From Alphaproteobacteria bacterium (GTDB lineage: Bacteria > Desulfobacterota > Binatia > UBA12015): a stretch of 64,000 nt of DNA. The notes under the pieces are model-generated. The model was given only the letters and a program-made list of their open reading frames with translations. It did not search any database and was not told the origin of the DNA. The stretch is taken from contig JAFMJW010000002.1 of assembly GCA_017853315.1 (NCBI GenBank), positions 8,818 through 72,817 on the forward strand. The letters are read 5' to 3'. The translations under genes and the position numbers were made by a program. Below, piece by piece: positions 55,501 to 63,894 of this stretch (positions are counted from its first letter, which is position 1; the number at the start of each line of letters is the position of its first letter).

Positions 55501-56327
55501 GCGCCGGGGTTGCCTGTCGGCCCGCGCAGGACGCCTGCGACGCGGCCGAGAACTGCGACGGCTCGGGCAAGGGCTGCCCGGCGGACGCTCCCGCGCCCGA
55601 CGGCACGCCGTGCGACGACGGGCAGGCCTGCACGATCCTCGACGCGTGCTCCGGCGGATCCTGCGGCGGCGACCCGATCACCTGCGGCGACGGAAGCCTG
55701 CAGGCCGCGTGCGGGGAGCAGTGCGACGACGGCGGACGCGAGCCCGGGGACGGCTGCGACGCGTCCTGCCGGGTCGAGATCTGCCCGGCGAGCCCGCGCA
55801 CGGATTGCGTCGAGGCCGCGCGGGTCAAGTTCCAGTTCCTCGAGCGGAGTGCCGGCCGGGAGCAGATGAAGGTCGAGTGGAAGGGCTTCTCGGACGACAC
55901 GACGGCCGCCGGGTTCGGCGATCCCGTCTCGGGCGCGAACTCGGTGGCCCTCTGCCTCTACGGCGATGCCGGCGAGCTCGTGCAGCGACTGGAAGTCGAC
56001 CGCGGCGGCGAGCGTTGCGCCGGGGCTCCGTGCTGGCAGGGACTCGGCTCGAGCGGCTTCCGGTACAAGGACGGCAGCGCGAGCGCGTCGGGCGTGCAGC
56101 AGCTCGACTTCGTCGCGGGCGACGCCGGTCGCGGCAAGGCCTCCGCCAAGGGCCGCAACGATGCCGGCAAGGGGATGACGTCGCTGCCGACCGGCGTCGC
56201 CTTCCGGCTCTACGGCGAGTCCCACCCGACCCTGCAGCTCGCGACCGAGCACGGGTTCTGCCTGTCCGCGAAGGTCACGACGATCCTGCTGGCCGACAAG
56301 AAGCAGTACAAGGCCGAGCGCCGCTGA
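52533..56327 (+). CDS. Secreted multidomain protein: PLC-like phosphodiesterase, C-type lectin module, 4 bulb-type (B-) lectin domains, Cys-rich/disintegrin-like repeats, C-terminal beta domain
   Basis: The preferred start is GTG 52533 (xRTRPGLLASVATAFAVAILASATARA/DG); TTG 52497 and GTG 52380 are alternatives. Domain evidence: LVGAHNSFN; WAAGEPNDLGGEDCAAQQADGRWNDVDC..FACE; seven Q-x-D-x-N-x-V/A-x-Y motifs; CGDGVVEPSCGEQCDD; 3 CRxxxGxCDxxExCDGxSxxCPxD units. Confidence 0.8.
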   Translation: MRTRPGLLASVATAFAVAILASATARADGIDDLNASWVGRALRAQRRIDLDTPISDTSLVGAHNSFNSEAYASGIRYLDPNQRHSTFDQLRMGARAIEFDVHWTTKRDGLSFSNRLLLCHGTASHLGCGLDDRTFEEGLDEIVAWLGTADSIGQVLILHVEDHVEGRHGEAFARVAERLGDRIWASGGCSDIPANLTKSQVLAAGKQVIVWNEGGCSGDGNWNSMVFTGLGSITRVWEDSTTLGGGSVPPIGSGEIASLHASGINLVDLDQLDPGDGRWAAAVWSWAAGEPNDLGGEDCAAQQADGRWNDVDCRLEKAFACENLATGGWAVTSEQGSFGRGALACRRLGPDFRFAVPTNAQDNQLLAAARAAAGRSSAWLAHDDRDVEGDWRIRSGDDLFWDRGGLVLDAGASVRGASRMLRMEPNCNLVLYSLDGDEVGRGLWTSGTANLGVNCRAEFGSDGILAVRDGAGRALWNSGAGGTELVLQSDGNLVLYDDGRVARWSTFTNAGDEATFEAGRFTLTPGQRVGTRSLELALTVDGNLVVSSVDNGFVGGVLWRSGTTGPGGRAEFQSDGNLVVYDGAGRALWAAGTSGTANATLRLQSDGNVAIYNGAGEPLWSTMTNTPAQAVLRAGQFALDRGDWVQTRSRKLELTATCDLVLSSVDNAVVGGALWRSGTSASSCRADFQADGNFVLYDGEGHALWAAGTSGTANAELRIQPDGNVVVYNGAGEPLWTTQTRLPTESSFLAGRFALTPGQFVLQANRFLELRDDCQLVLHSLVNGARGLRVWDSNTAGAGTNCRLDFQSDGNLVLYDGSGRSLWAAGTSGTTGAVFRIQSDGNMVIYNGAGEPLWTSQTPGNFSEVAVCGDATCNGSEACGSCASDCGACPPSCDCGDGVVEPSCGEQCDDAAAPGGCCSADCRIEPAGTACRAAAGDCDVAEACDGTSATCPQDRVAGAGFPCRPADGACDLVESCDGASTACPQDRVAGAGVACRPAQDACDAAENCDGSGKGCPADAPAPDGTPCDDGQACTILDACSGGSCGGDPITCGDGSLQAACGEQCDDGGREPGDGCDASCRVEICPASPRTDCVEAARVKFQFLERSAGREQMKVEWKGFSDDTTAAGFGDPVSGANSVALCLYGDAGELVQRLEVDRGGERCAGAPCWQGLGSSGFRYKDGSASASGVQQLDFVAGDAGRGKASAKGRNDAGKGMTSLPTGVAFRLYGESHPTLQLATEHGFCLSAKVTTILLADKKQYKAERR
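53721..55105 (+). repeat. Four tandem ~115-aa bulb-type lectin modules (protein-level repeat inside the CDS)
   Basis: Each module has three subrepeats. Examples: ..NCNLVLYS / ..SDGILAVRD / LQSDGNLVLYD; LTVDGNLVVSS / FQSDGNLVVYD / LQSDGNVAIYN; LTATCDLVLSS / FQADGNFVLYD / IQPDGNVVVYN; LRDDCQLVLHS / FQSDGNLVLYD / IQSDGNMVIYN. Confidence 0.8.
55323..55610 (+). repeat. 3 x 96-bp in-frame tandem repeat (32-aa disintegrin-like Cys unit)
   Basis: The three units are CRAAAGDCDVAEACDGTSATCPQDRVAGAGFP, CRPADGACDLVESCDGASTACPQDRVAGAGVA and CRPAQDACDAAENCDGSGKGCPADAPAPDGTP. Confidence 0.8.
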
Positions 56328-56412
56328 GTCCCGGGAGCGTCGGAACGGGGCCCCGCGCGCCCCACGCATTCAGGCATTGACCGGCCGCGTCCGGCCCGGG
56401 TAAAGCCGCGCG

Positions 56413-59220
56413 ATGGTCGAGGCGCGCCTGGAGAAGACGTCGGGCAACGGTTCGGTCCCGGGCCGGGTCGTCCGCGCGGTCGTGGCGGCGGCGCTGGCAC
56501 TCGCGATGGCGGTCGCGCCGCGCGAGGCTCGGGCCGCAGTCGTGTTCCAGGACTCGACCGGCACCGTCACGAACCAGAACAACACGATCGGCGGCAGCTC
56601 CTACAGCTCCGACTGGTTCGTGCCGTCGACCCCCGCGCTCGGCTTCATGCTGATGGAGCACGGCTTCTCGCGCGGCTGCGGCAACATCCGGGACACCGGG
56701 CTCGCGATCATGCGGCAGGGGCTCGTCGTCCTCTGCATCAACGCGAGCATGCAGGGTGGCAACCCGTCCTTCGGCGTCACGGTCGGCGACGCGATCGCGG
56801 ACGGAGCCCTCGTCCCGCCGGCCGGAACGGTCGTCCCGGCCGCGACGATCGTCGGCGGCCACTCGGCGGGAGGTCACTTCGCGACCGAGGTCGGCAAGCG
56901 CCTCGTCCAGCGCGGCTTCGCGACGCTGAAGGGCGCGATCCTGTTCGACCCGGTCTCGGCGAGCGGCTTCTCCGAGAACGTCGTCGCGATCTCCGCGGGC
57001 GCGACGCGCCCCGTCCTCTCGGTGACCGCGAACTCGTCGGCTTGCAATTCGTCCAACAACAGCGCGCCGGCGCTCGCCGGTCTCCCGAACTCGTTCGTCG
57101 GCCTGAAGCTCACCAACGGCAGCCTTCACACCGACGTCGAGGGCACCAACTCCGACTTCCTCGGGACGCTCGCCTGCGGCACCCCGCAGGCCGCGAACAC
57201 GACCGCGCTGCGGACCCTCGCCGCGGCCTGGGCCGGCGACATCGTGCGCGGGACGCGGACGAGCGCCTACTACGAGTACGGCACCTACACGAGCGGCCTG
57301 ATCTCCCAGAACCGCGCGACCCCGATCAAGGCACTGCCGGATTGCGGCAACGGCAGCCTGGACGCGGGCGAGGCCTGCGACCTCGGTGCCGCGAGCAACG
57401 GTGCCGACGGCGCGTGCTGCGCGATCGATTGCAGCTTCGCAGCCGCGGCGACGGTCTGCCGCGCTGCGGCGGGAGCCTGCGACGTCGCCGAGGCCTGCAC
57501 CGGTGCGTCCGACGCCTGTCCGGCCGACGGGTTCGCCGATGCGGGCACGACCTGCCGCATCGCGAACGGCGCGTGCGACGTCGCCGAGGCCTGCAACGGA
57601 ACGTCCGCCGCCTGCCCCACGGACGGGTTCGTCGCCGCGGGTACCACCTGCCGCACCGCGAACGGCGACTGCGACGCCGCCGAGGCGTGCAACGGAACGT
57701 CCGCCGCCTGCCCCGCGGACGTGTTCCTCGCCGCGGGCACGACCTGCCGGGTCGCGAGCGACGCATGCGACGCACCGGAGGCCTGTACCGGGACCTCCGC
57801 GGGTTGTCCGGTCGACCAGTTCGTCGCCGCGGGCACGTCGTGCCGGGCGGCGACCGCCGCCTGCGACGTCGCCGAGGCCTGCACCGGCTCTTCCGCCGCC
57901 TGCCCCGCCGACGGCGTCGCAGGCGCAGGCACCGCGTGCCGTGCCGCGAGCGGCACCTGCGACGCGGCCGAGATCTGCGACGGCTCGGGCAAGGACTGCC
58001 CCGCAAACGGCTTCGCGGCGGCGGGCACCGTCTGCCGCGCGGCGACCGGTCCCTGCGACGTCGCCGAGGTGTGCTCGGGTGCGAGCAACACCTGCCCCGC
58101 CGACGGACTCGCGACCTCCGGGACCACCTGTCGCGCGGCCGCCGGCCCCTGCGACCTCGCCGAGGCCTGCACCGGCTCGTCGGCGGCCTGCCCGGGCGAC
58201 GTCCGACAGCCGGCCGGCGTGACCTGTCGTCCGGCGTCCGACGCCTGCGACATCGCCGAGTCCTGCACCGGCTCCTCGGCCGCGTGCCCCGCCGACGTCT
58301 ACCGTCCGGCGGGAACGCCCTGCCGTCCGGCCGCGGGCGTCTGCGACGCGATCGACGCGTGCACCGGCTCGTCCGCGGCCTGCCCCGCCGACGGAAAGAA
58401 GACCTCGGTCTGCCGCACGGCGAGCGACGTCTGCGACGCACCCGAGTCCTGCGACGGGGTCGCGGACGACTGCCCGACCGACCTGGTCGCGAGCGCGGGC
58501 GCGGTGTGCCGCGAGGTCGGCGACGCCTGCGACGTCGCCGAGTCCTGCGACGGGTCGTCGAAGGCCTGCCCGACCGACACCGGACTCCCCGATGCCGACC
58601 AGGACGGCACCTGCGACGCCGAGGACACGTGCCCCGCTTCGGCCGATCCGCTCCAGGCCGACGCCGACGGCGACGGGCGAGGCGACGCCTGCGACGAGTG
58701 CACCGTGATGCCCGGCGGGGCGATCGCCAAGACGGCCCTGAAACTGTCGGGCTTCGGCACGCCCGCGGGCGACGACAAGGTCACGTTCAAGGGCGAGGCG
58801 TTCATGCCGACGAACCCGGCGCTCGATCCCGCGACCCACGGCGTCCGGGTCCTCGTGTACGACGAGACGGCGCACCTGTGGGGCTCGGCGGCCATCGCCG
58901 ACCTGTCGGTGCCGTCGGGAGCATGGTCCGCAGCGACCGGCTCGGGCTGGGTCGCCTCGACCTCGGGCTGGACCTGGAAGGCGCCGCGCCTGCCGACCGG
59001 CAAGACCGGCGTCGCGAAGGTGAGCCTGCGGCGGATCGCGGCCGGACGCTGGTCGTTCTCGATCACGACCAAGGACTCGAGCTTCGACCTCCCCGCGACC
59101 GGCGGCCCGCTCGTCGCGGCGGTCGTGTTCGCGCCCCCGGGTGCGGCCGTCGGCTCGTGCGCGGAGATCCGTCCCGCCTGCAAGTGGGACACGCTGCTGC
59201 GCTCCGTGTCCTGCCGCTGA
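56413..59220 (+). CDS. Secreted multidomain protein: alpha/beta hydrolase (lipase/cutinase/chlorophyllase-like), 12 disintegrin-like Cys repeats, TSP3-like Ca-binding repeats, C-terminal beta domain
   Basis: 935 aa. The signal peptide is [23 protein letters not shown]. The nucleophile elbow is [25 protein letters not shown] segment precedes the 12 units of CRxxxxxCDxAExCxGxSxxCPxD. The TSP3-like stretch is [15 protein letters not shown]...[14 protein letters not shown]. Confidence 0.8.
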   Translation: MVEARLEKTSGNGSVPGRVVRAVVAAALALAMAVAPREARAAVVFQDSTGTVTNQNNTIGGSSYSSDWFVPSTPALGFMLMEHGFSRGCGNIRDTGLAIMRQGLVVLCINASMQGGNPSFGVTVGDAIADGALVPPAGTVVPAATIVGGHSAGGHFATEVGKRLVQRGFATLKGAILFDPVSASGFSENVVAISAGATRPVLSVTANSSACNSSNNSAPALAGLPNSFVGLKLTNGSLHTDVEGTNSDFLGTLACGTPQAANTTALRTLAAAWAGDIVRGTRTSAYYEYGTYTSGLISQNRATPIKALPDCGNGSLDAGEACDLGAASNGADGACCAIDCSFAAAATVCRAAAGACDVAEACTGASDACPADGFADAGTTCRIANGACDVAEACNGTSAACPTDGFVAAGTTCRTANGDCDAAEACNGTSAACPADVFLAAGTTCRVASDACDAPEACTGTSAGCPVDQFVAAGTSCRAATAACDVAEACTGSSAACPADGVAGAGTACRAASGTCDAAEICDGSGKDCPANGFAAAGTVCRAATGPCDVAEVCSGASNTCPADGLATSGTTCRAAAGPCDLAEACTGSSAACPGDVRQPAGVTCRPASDACDIAESCTGSSAACPADVYRPAGTPCRPAAGVCDAIDACTGSSAACPADGKKTSVCRTASDVCDAPESCDGVADDCPTDLVASAGAVCREVGDACDVAESCDGSSKACPTDTGLPDADQDGTCDAEDTCPASADPLQADADGDGRGDACDECTVMPGGAIAKTALKLSGFGTPAGDDKVTFKGEAFMPTNPALDPATHGVRVLVYDETAHLWGSAAIADLSVPSGAWSAATGSGWVASTSGWTWKAPRLPTGKTGVAKVSLRRIAAGRWSFSITTKDSSFDLPATGGPLVAAVVFAPPGAAVGSCAEIRPACKWDTLLRSVSCR
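57457..58602 (+). repeat. 12 x ~96-bp in-frame tandem repeat (32-aa disintegrin-like Cys unit; unit 10 is 30 aa)
   Basis: The units begin at TGC 57457 and recur every 96 bp. Examples are [32 protein letters not shown] and [32 protein letters not shown]. The last unit ([24 protein letters not shown]) begins at 58507. Confidence 0.85.
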
Positions 59221-59268
59221 CGCCCGAAGGGCTCGCGTCGCGGCGAGCCTTCGCGTAGGACCGCGTCC

Positions 59269-60039
59269 GTGCCGTCCGGGATTCTCGACCGCTTCCGGCT
59301 CGACGGCCGGACGGCGCTCGTCACGGGCGCGAGCCGCAACATCGGCGCCGCGATCGCGCGCGCGATGGCCGAGGCGGGCGCGCGCGTGGTCGTGAACGCG
59401 CGCGGCGCCGACGCGCTCGGGGCGTTCGCGGAGCGCCTGCGACGCGACACCGGCGCGGACGTGATCGCCGTGCCCGGGGACCTGGGCGACGCGGCCGACG
59501 TCGATCGCGTCGCCCGCGTCGTTCTCGATCGGGTCGGCGGGGCCGACGTCCTGGTGAACAACGCGACCTCGATCGGACACGCGCGTCCGGCGACCTCGCT
59601 CGACGCGACGCCCGCGGACCACGCGCTCGCGATGCAGGTGAACCTGCAGGCCCCGCTCGCGTTCGTGCGCGCGTTCGCCCCGGCGATGCGCGCGCGCGGC
59701 GGCGGCTCGGTGGTGAACGTGCTCAGCACCGCCGGGTTCGACGTCGTGCCGCCGATGCTCGCCTACGCCTGCGCGAAGCAGGCGCTGTGGACCGCGACCC
59801 GCTTCCTCGCCCGCGAGCTCGCGCCCGCGATCCGCGTGAACGCGGTCTGCCCGGGGACGGTGAACGAGGGCGGCGAGCTCAAGGTGCCGACCTGGGAGAG
59901 GCTGCTCCCGCTGAACGCGATCCCGCGCGTGGGGCTCCCCGAAGAGGTGGCCGGCGCGGTCCTCTTCCTCGCCTCCGAGGCTTCCAGCTACACGACCGGG
60001 CAGGTCGTGTTCTGCGACGGCGGGCGGGTCTCGACGTGA
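59269..60039 (+). CDS. Short-chain dehydrogenase/reductase
   Basis: 256 aa. Motifs: ALVTGASRNIGAAIA, NNAT and YACAKQA (YxxxK). Confidence 0.85.
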   Translation: MPSGILDRFRLDGRTALVTGASRNIGAAIARAMAEAGARVVVNARGADALGAFAERLRRDTGADVIAVPGDLGDAADVDRVARVVLDRVGGADVLVNNATSIGHARPATSLDATPADHALAMQVNLQAPLAFVRAFAPAMRARGGGSVVNVLSTAGFDVVPPMLAYACAKQALWTATRFLARELAPAIRVNAVCPGTVNEGGELKVPTWERLLPLNAIPRVGLPEEVAGAVLFLASEASSYTTGQVVFCDGGRVST

Positions 60040-60055
60040 CGGCCGGGCGCGCGCG

Positions 60056-61297
60056 ATGAGCGCCCCGGGAGGACGCCCCGCGCACATCCTCGCGGTGAGC
60101 GAGGCGCCGATCCCGTCGGCGGTGCTCGGCGTGCACGCGCCCTTCGAGCACCTCGGTCGCACGACCGGGCGCTGCGAGCTCCGCACCGCATCCTCGATCG
60201 ACCTCGACCCCGCCGACGTCGCCTGGGCCGACTCGATCGTGCTCGTGCGCGGCGCGTCGCCGGCCGAGCGCAGGCTGCTCGACGAGGCCCGTCGGCTCGG
60301 CCGGCGCGTCGCCACCTACATGGACGACGACCTGGAACGCGTGCCCGGGGAGGCGCGCAGCGGCTACTTCTTCACCTCGCCGACCGTGCGCGCGAACGTC
60401 GCCGCGATCGTGCGCGGTTCCGACCTGCTGCTCGTCACGAACGAGCGGCTCGGCGACGAACTGTCGCGACGGCACGGGCGCCTGGCGACCCTGCTCCGCC
60501 AGCCGCGACCGGCGCGCATGGCTCGGGCAGGCATCGCGGGCGCGCACGGGCACGCAGCCCGCGGCGCGACCGACATCGCGACCGCGGTCGGGGCGACGGG
60601 TGGACACGACGCACCGGTGCGGATCGGCTTCCTCGGCAGCGTCGACCACGCGGGATTCGTCGAGCGCCTGCTCGGGGGGCCGATCTCGCGGGTCGCGGCC
60701 GAGCGCGGCGACGCGGTCGAGTGGACGTTCTGCGGCGCGATCCCCGCCTTCGCCCGCTCGCTCGGCGCGCGCTGCGAGCCCTTCGACCCCGACTTCGGCT
60801 CGTGGTGCCGCACCGCGGCCTCGCTGCGGCTCGACGTGGCACTCGCGCCGCTCGAGGACTCGGCGTTCCACGCCTGCAAGTACTTCAACAAGTACCTCGA
60901 GTACGGCTCGCTCGGGGCGGCGGGGATCTACTCGGAGGTGCCGCCGTTCGTCGACGCCGTGCGCGACGGCGGGACCGGGCTGCTCGTGCCGAACCGACCC
61001 GGCGACTGGCTCGCGGCGATCGACTCGCTGGTCGACGACGCCGGACTGCGCCGGCGCATCGCCGCCGCTGCCGCGGCCGACGTCGAGGCGCGCTTCTCGG
61101 AGCGGGCGCTCGAGGCCTCGTGGATCGAGGGGCTCGCCCCGCTGCTCGACCACCGCGCCCGCCCGGTCGAGCCGCACGACGTGCGCCTGCCGCGCGGCCG
61201 CGCACGATGGGCGCTCGACCGGCTCGCGGTCTACGGTCCCCTGCGCTTCGCCGAGAGGCTGGCGGGGCGGCTCACGGGCCGGCTGCGCCCGGGATGA
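60056..61297 (+). CDS. Glycosyltransferase-like protein (GT-B, GT4-like C-terminal half)
   Basis: 413 aa. LAPLEDSAFHACKYFNKYLEYGSLGAAGIYSEVPPFVDAVRDGGTGLLV resembles the GT-B C-terminal nucleotide-sugar-binding region. The N-terminal half is not diagnostic. Confidence 0.5.
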   Translation: MSAPGGRPAHILAVSEAPIPSAVLGVHAPFEHLGRTTGRCELRTASSIDLDPADVAWADSIVLVRGASPAERRLLDEARRLGRRVATYMDDDLERVPGEARSGYFFTSPTVRANVAAIVRGSDLLLVTNERLGDELSRRHGRLATLLRQPRPARMARAGIAGAHGHAARGATDIATAVGATGGHDAPVRIGFLGSVDHAGFVERLLGGPISRVAAERGDAVEWTFCGAIPAFARSLGARCEPFDPDFGSWCRTAASLRLDVALAPLEDSAFHACKYFNKYLEYGSLGAAGIYSEVPPFVDAVRDGGTGLLVPNRPGDWLAAIDSLVDDAGLRRRIAAAAAADVEARFSERALEASWIEGLAPLLDHRARPVEPHDVRLPRGRARWALDRLAVYGPLRFAERLAGRLTGRLRPG

Positions 61298-61313
61298 GAA
61301 GGAGGACTTCGCC

Positions 61314-62126
61314 GTGTCGAACTTCGATCGCTGCGTCCTGACGGGCGCCGGAAGCGGCCTCGGCCGCGCGCTCGCGCTGCGGCTCGCGCGCCCGGGCGCG
61401 GTGCTGCTGCTCGCCGACCTCGATCGCGCGTCCTGCGAGGAGACCGCGACGCTCGCCGAACGGCGGGGAGCCGCGGCGCACGCGCGGGTCGTCGACGTCT
61501 CGGATGCCGGGGCGGTCGAAGCGCTCGCGGCCGAGGCCGACGCCCTGCTCGACCGGCGCATCGACCTCGTCGTGAACAACGCGGGCGTCGCGGTGGCCGG
61601 GGCGGTCGGCGAGACGCCGATCGAGGACTGGCGCTGGATCGTCGGTGCGAACCTCTTCGGCGTCGTCCACGGCTGCCACGTCTTCGTGCCGCGTCTCGTC
61701 GCCCGCGGTCGCGGCGCGGTCCTGAACGTCGCCTCGATGGCCGGGCTCGTGAGCGTGCCGACGATGAGCGCCTACAACGCGACCAAGGCCGCGGTCGTGG
61801 CGCTCAGCGAAACGCTCGCGGCCGAGGTGGGCTCGAAGGGCGTGAAGGTCACCGTGCTGTGCCCGTCGTTCTTCGACACCCACCTGCTCGACCAGGGCCG
61901 CTTCGCGGCCCCGGACCTCGAGCGTGCCGCCCGCCGGGCCTTCGCGCGCGCGCGGATGACCGCCGACGACGTGGCGGCCGTCGCGCTCCGCGACGTCGCC
62001 GCAGGTCGCCTGCACAGCGTGCCGATGCTCGACGGACGCCTCGCCTGGATCGCGAAGCGCGTGGCGCCCGGCCTGTTCACGCGCATGCTCGCGAGCCCGC
62101 GCGTGCAGCAGCTCGCGCGGGGTTGA
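61314..62126 (+). CDS. Short-chain dehydrogenase/reductase
   Basis: GTG 61314 is preceded by GAAGGAGGA and lies in frame within ORF 60600..62126. Motifs: CVLTGAGSGLGRALA, NNAGV and YNATKAA. 270 aa. Confidence 0.85.
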   Translation: MSNFDRCVLTGAGSGLGRALALRLARPGAVLLLADLDRASCEETATLAERRGAAAHARVVDVSDAGAVEALAAEADALLDRRIDLVVNNAGVAVAGAVGETPIEDWRWIVGANLFGVVHGCHVFVPRLVARGRGAVLNVASMAGLVSVPTMSAYNATKAAVVALSETLAAEVGSKGVKVTVLCPSFFDTHLLDQGRFAAPDLERAARRAFARARMTADDVAAVALRDVAAGRLHSVPMLDGRLAWIAKRVAPGLFTRMLASPRVQQLARG

Positions 62127-62243
62127 TCCCGCGCGGCGGTCGCGATCGCCGCGACCCGGGCGGACGCCCGCGGACCGGAGGACGGGCCGCGCGGGTGCGG
62201 CCCTCCCGAGCCGGGCCTCTCGGCGCCCGGCCGGGACGCAGCC

Positions 62244-62969
62244 TCAGCCGGCGAACTCCGAGTAGGCCGCGATCACGTCGTCGACCGGCCCGTCCATCTT
62301 GAGCCGCCCCTGGTCGAGCCAGAGAGCGCGGCGACACATCTGCCGCACGGTGTCCATCGAGTGGCTCACCAGGACGAGGATCGAGGCGCGGTCGACCATG
62401 TCGGCGAGCCGTCGCTGCGCCTTCTCCTGGAAGCGCATGTCGCCCGAGGCGATCACCTCGTCGAGCAGCAGCACGTCGGGCGAGATCGCGGTCGAGACCG
62501 CGAAGCCGAGCCGGACGAACATGCCCATCGAGTAGGTCTTCACGGGCCGGTCGAGCGCGTCGCCGAGCTCGGTGAAGTCCGCGATGTCGCGCATGCGGTC
62601 GCGGATCTCGGCCGGCGAGAGTCCGAGCAGGAGACCGCGCGTGCGGATGTTGTCCCAGCCGGTCGCCTCCATCTCGAAGCCGGTCGCGAGCTCGAACAGG
62701 CAGGCGACGTCGCCCTCGACGACGACCGACCCCTGCGTGGGAGCGTAGATGCCGCACATGACCTTGAGCAGCGTCGTCTTGCCGGCGCCGTTCAGCCCGA
62801 TGATGCCGACCCGGTCGCCGGGCGGCACCAGCAGCTCGAGGTCGTGCAGGGCGGTGACCGCGCCCGCCTCGTGGACCGCAGCGCCGCCCCGCAGGCGATT
62901 CAGCCGCTCGCGGATGCTGCGCGCGCGCGGCGGCGGGAAGGTGAGGGAGACGTCGCGCAGCTCGATCAC
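62244..62969 (-). CDS. ABC transporter ATP-binding protein, polysaccharide/teichoic-acid export type (Wzt/TagH/KpsT-like)
   Basis: 241 aa. Walker A is GLNGAGKTTLL, the signature is YSMGMFVRLGFA, Walker B is VLLLDEV and the H-loop is VSHS. Confidence 0.9.
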   Translation of the reverse strand: MIELRDVSLTFPPPRARSIRERLNRLRGGAAVHEAGAVTALHDLELLVPPGDRVGIIGLNGAGKTTLLKVMCGIYAPTQGSVVVEGDVACLFELATGFEMEATGWDNIRTRGLLLGLSPAEIRDRMRDIADFTELGDALDRPVKTYSMGMFVRLGFAVSTAISPDVLLLDEVIASGDMRFQEKAQRRLADMVDRASILVLVSHSMDTVRQMCRRALWLDQGRLKMDGPVDDVIAAYSEFAG

Positions 62970-63024
62970 GGCCGCGCCTCCCGGGCGACCGCGCGCGCGG
63001 CGCGGGAAACGTGCGTCGCCGGCG

Positions 63025-63894
63025 TCACAGCCAGAACACCAGGCGGCGGCGCACGAAGCGCAGGCCGACGAACGCGAGCCCCAGCAGGAGCACGAGCGAG
63101 AGGGCGACCGCGACGTAGTGCTCGACCGGCGGGCGATTCCCGAACAGAAGCGGCACCTGGACGATGATGAGCAGGTGGTAGAGCGGGTTCCAGGTGAGCA
63201 GCGGCTGGAGCCCGTGGGCGACGAGCAGGCTCGACGGGAACATGATCGGCGTCGCGTAGAAGAGCGCCTGCACGGCGACCGTCTGGATGTAGCTCAGGTC
63301 GCGCATCCAGGTGTTCGCGATCCCCGAGATCGTGGCGAGGGCGACTCCGAAGAAGAACCAGGCCGCGAGCCCCGGCAGCACCCACGCCCAGCCGGGCGTC
63401 GGGCGTCCGCCGAACAGGACCACCACCAGCACGACCGCGAGGAGACCGAGCAGGAGGGTGACGAACGCCGCCATGACCATCCGCAGCGGGTAGGCGAGCA
63501 GCGGCACCCGGGCGATCTGCTTGATGTAGCCCTCGGCCGCGATGAACGAGATCGCCCCGCCGTCGAGGCAGGCGACGAAGAACGCCCAGAAGGTGAGGTT
63601 CAGGAAGAGGTAGGGCAGGAAGGTCTTCAGCTCGACCTGGAAGAGCTTGCCGAACACGGTTCCGATGATCGCCGCCATGCAGAGCGGCGACAGAATCGCC
63701 CAGAGCATGCCGAGCATGGTCGAGGTGTAGCGGCGAAGCAGGTCGAGCCGCGCGAGCTGCCAGGCGATCGAGAAGGCGTGCAGGTGGGCCTGGCGCTGGC
63801 CGAGGCGCGCGAGCACGCCGCCGCGCGCCGGGCCGGCCGCCCTCCCGGCGGCCGGGGCGACCGGGGCCGCGGTGGTCGCGCCGGGCTCGCTCAC
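63025..63894 (-). CDS. ABC-2 type transporter permease (Wzm/TagG/KpsM-like)
   Basis: Six TM helices. The family start is LARLDLLRRYTSTMLGMLWAILSPL. The proposed GTG start at 63894 overlaps the stop of an upstream ORF as GTGA. The tracked start at 63975 is possible. Confidence 0.8.
   Translation of the reverse strand: MSEPGATTAAPVAPAAGRAAGPARGGVLARLGQRQAHLHAFSIAWQLARLDLLRRYTSTMLGMLWAILSPLCMAAIIGTVFGKLFQVELKTFLPYLFLNLTFWAFFVACLDGGAISFIAAEGYIKQIARVPLLAYPLRMVMAAFVTLLLGLLAVVLVVVLFGGRPTPGWAWVLPGLAAWFFFGVALATISGIANTWMRDLSYIQTVAVQALFYATPIMFPSSLLVAHGLQPLLTWNPLYHLLIIVQVPLLFGNRPPVEHYVAVALSLVLLLGLAFVGLRFVRRRLVFWL

Noticed and set aside
57457-58602. Regular ~96-bp periodicity, considered as a possible CRISPR array or satellite
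   Set aside because: There are no unique spacers between conserved repeats. The whole array is one open frame encoding 32-aa Cys-patterned units that have diverged mainly at non-Cys positions. It is a coding tandem repeat.
58678-58686. RGD tripeptide ([10 protein letters not shown]) as an integrin-binding site, tempting next to disintegrin-like repeats
   Set aside because: A three-residue motif inside an Asp/Gly-rich Ca-binding repeat is likely to occur by chance, and nothing in the sequence supports a display loop. It is noted only as a curiosity.
52320-60315. Very long ORFs 52320..56369 (-), 52472..56380 (+, alternate frame), 56275..60315 (-) and 57042..59258 (+) overlapping the two lectin/disintegrin genes
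   Set aside because: The translations are Arg/Gly/Pro/Ala runs. The chosen frames contain signal peptides, lectin motifs and regularly spaced cysteines, which cannot arise by chance.
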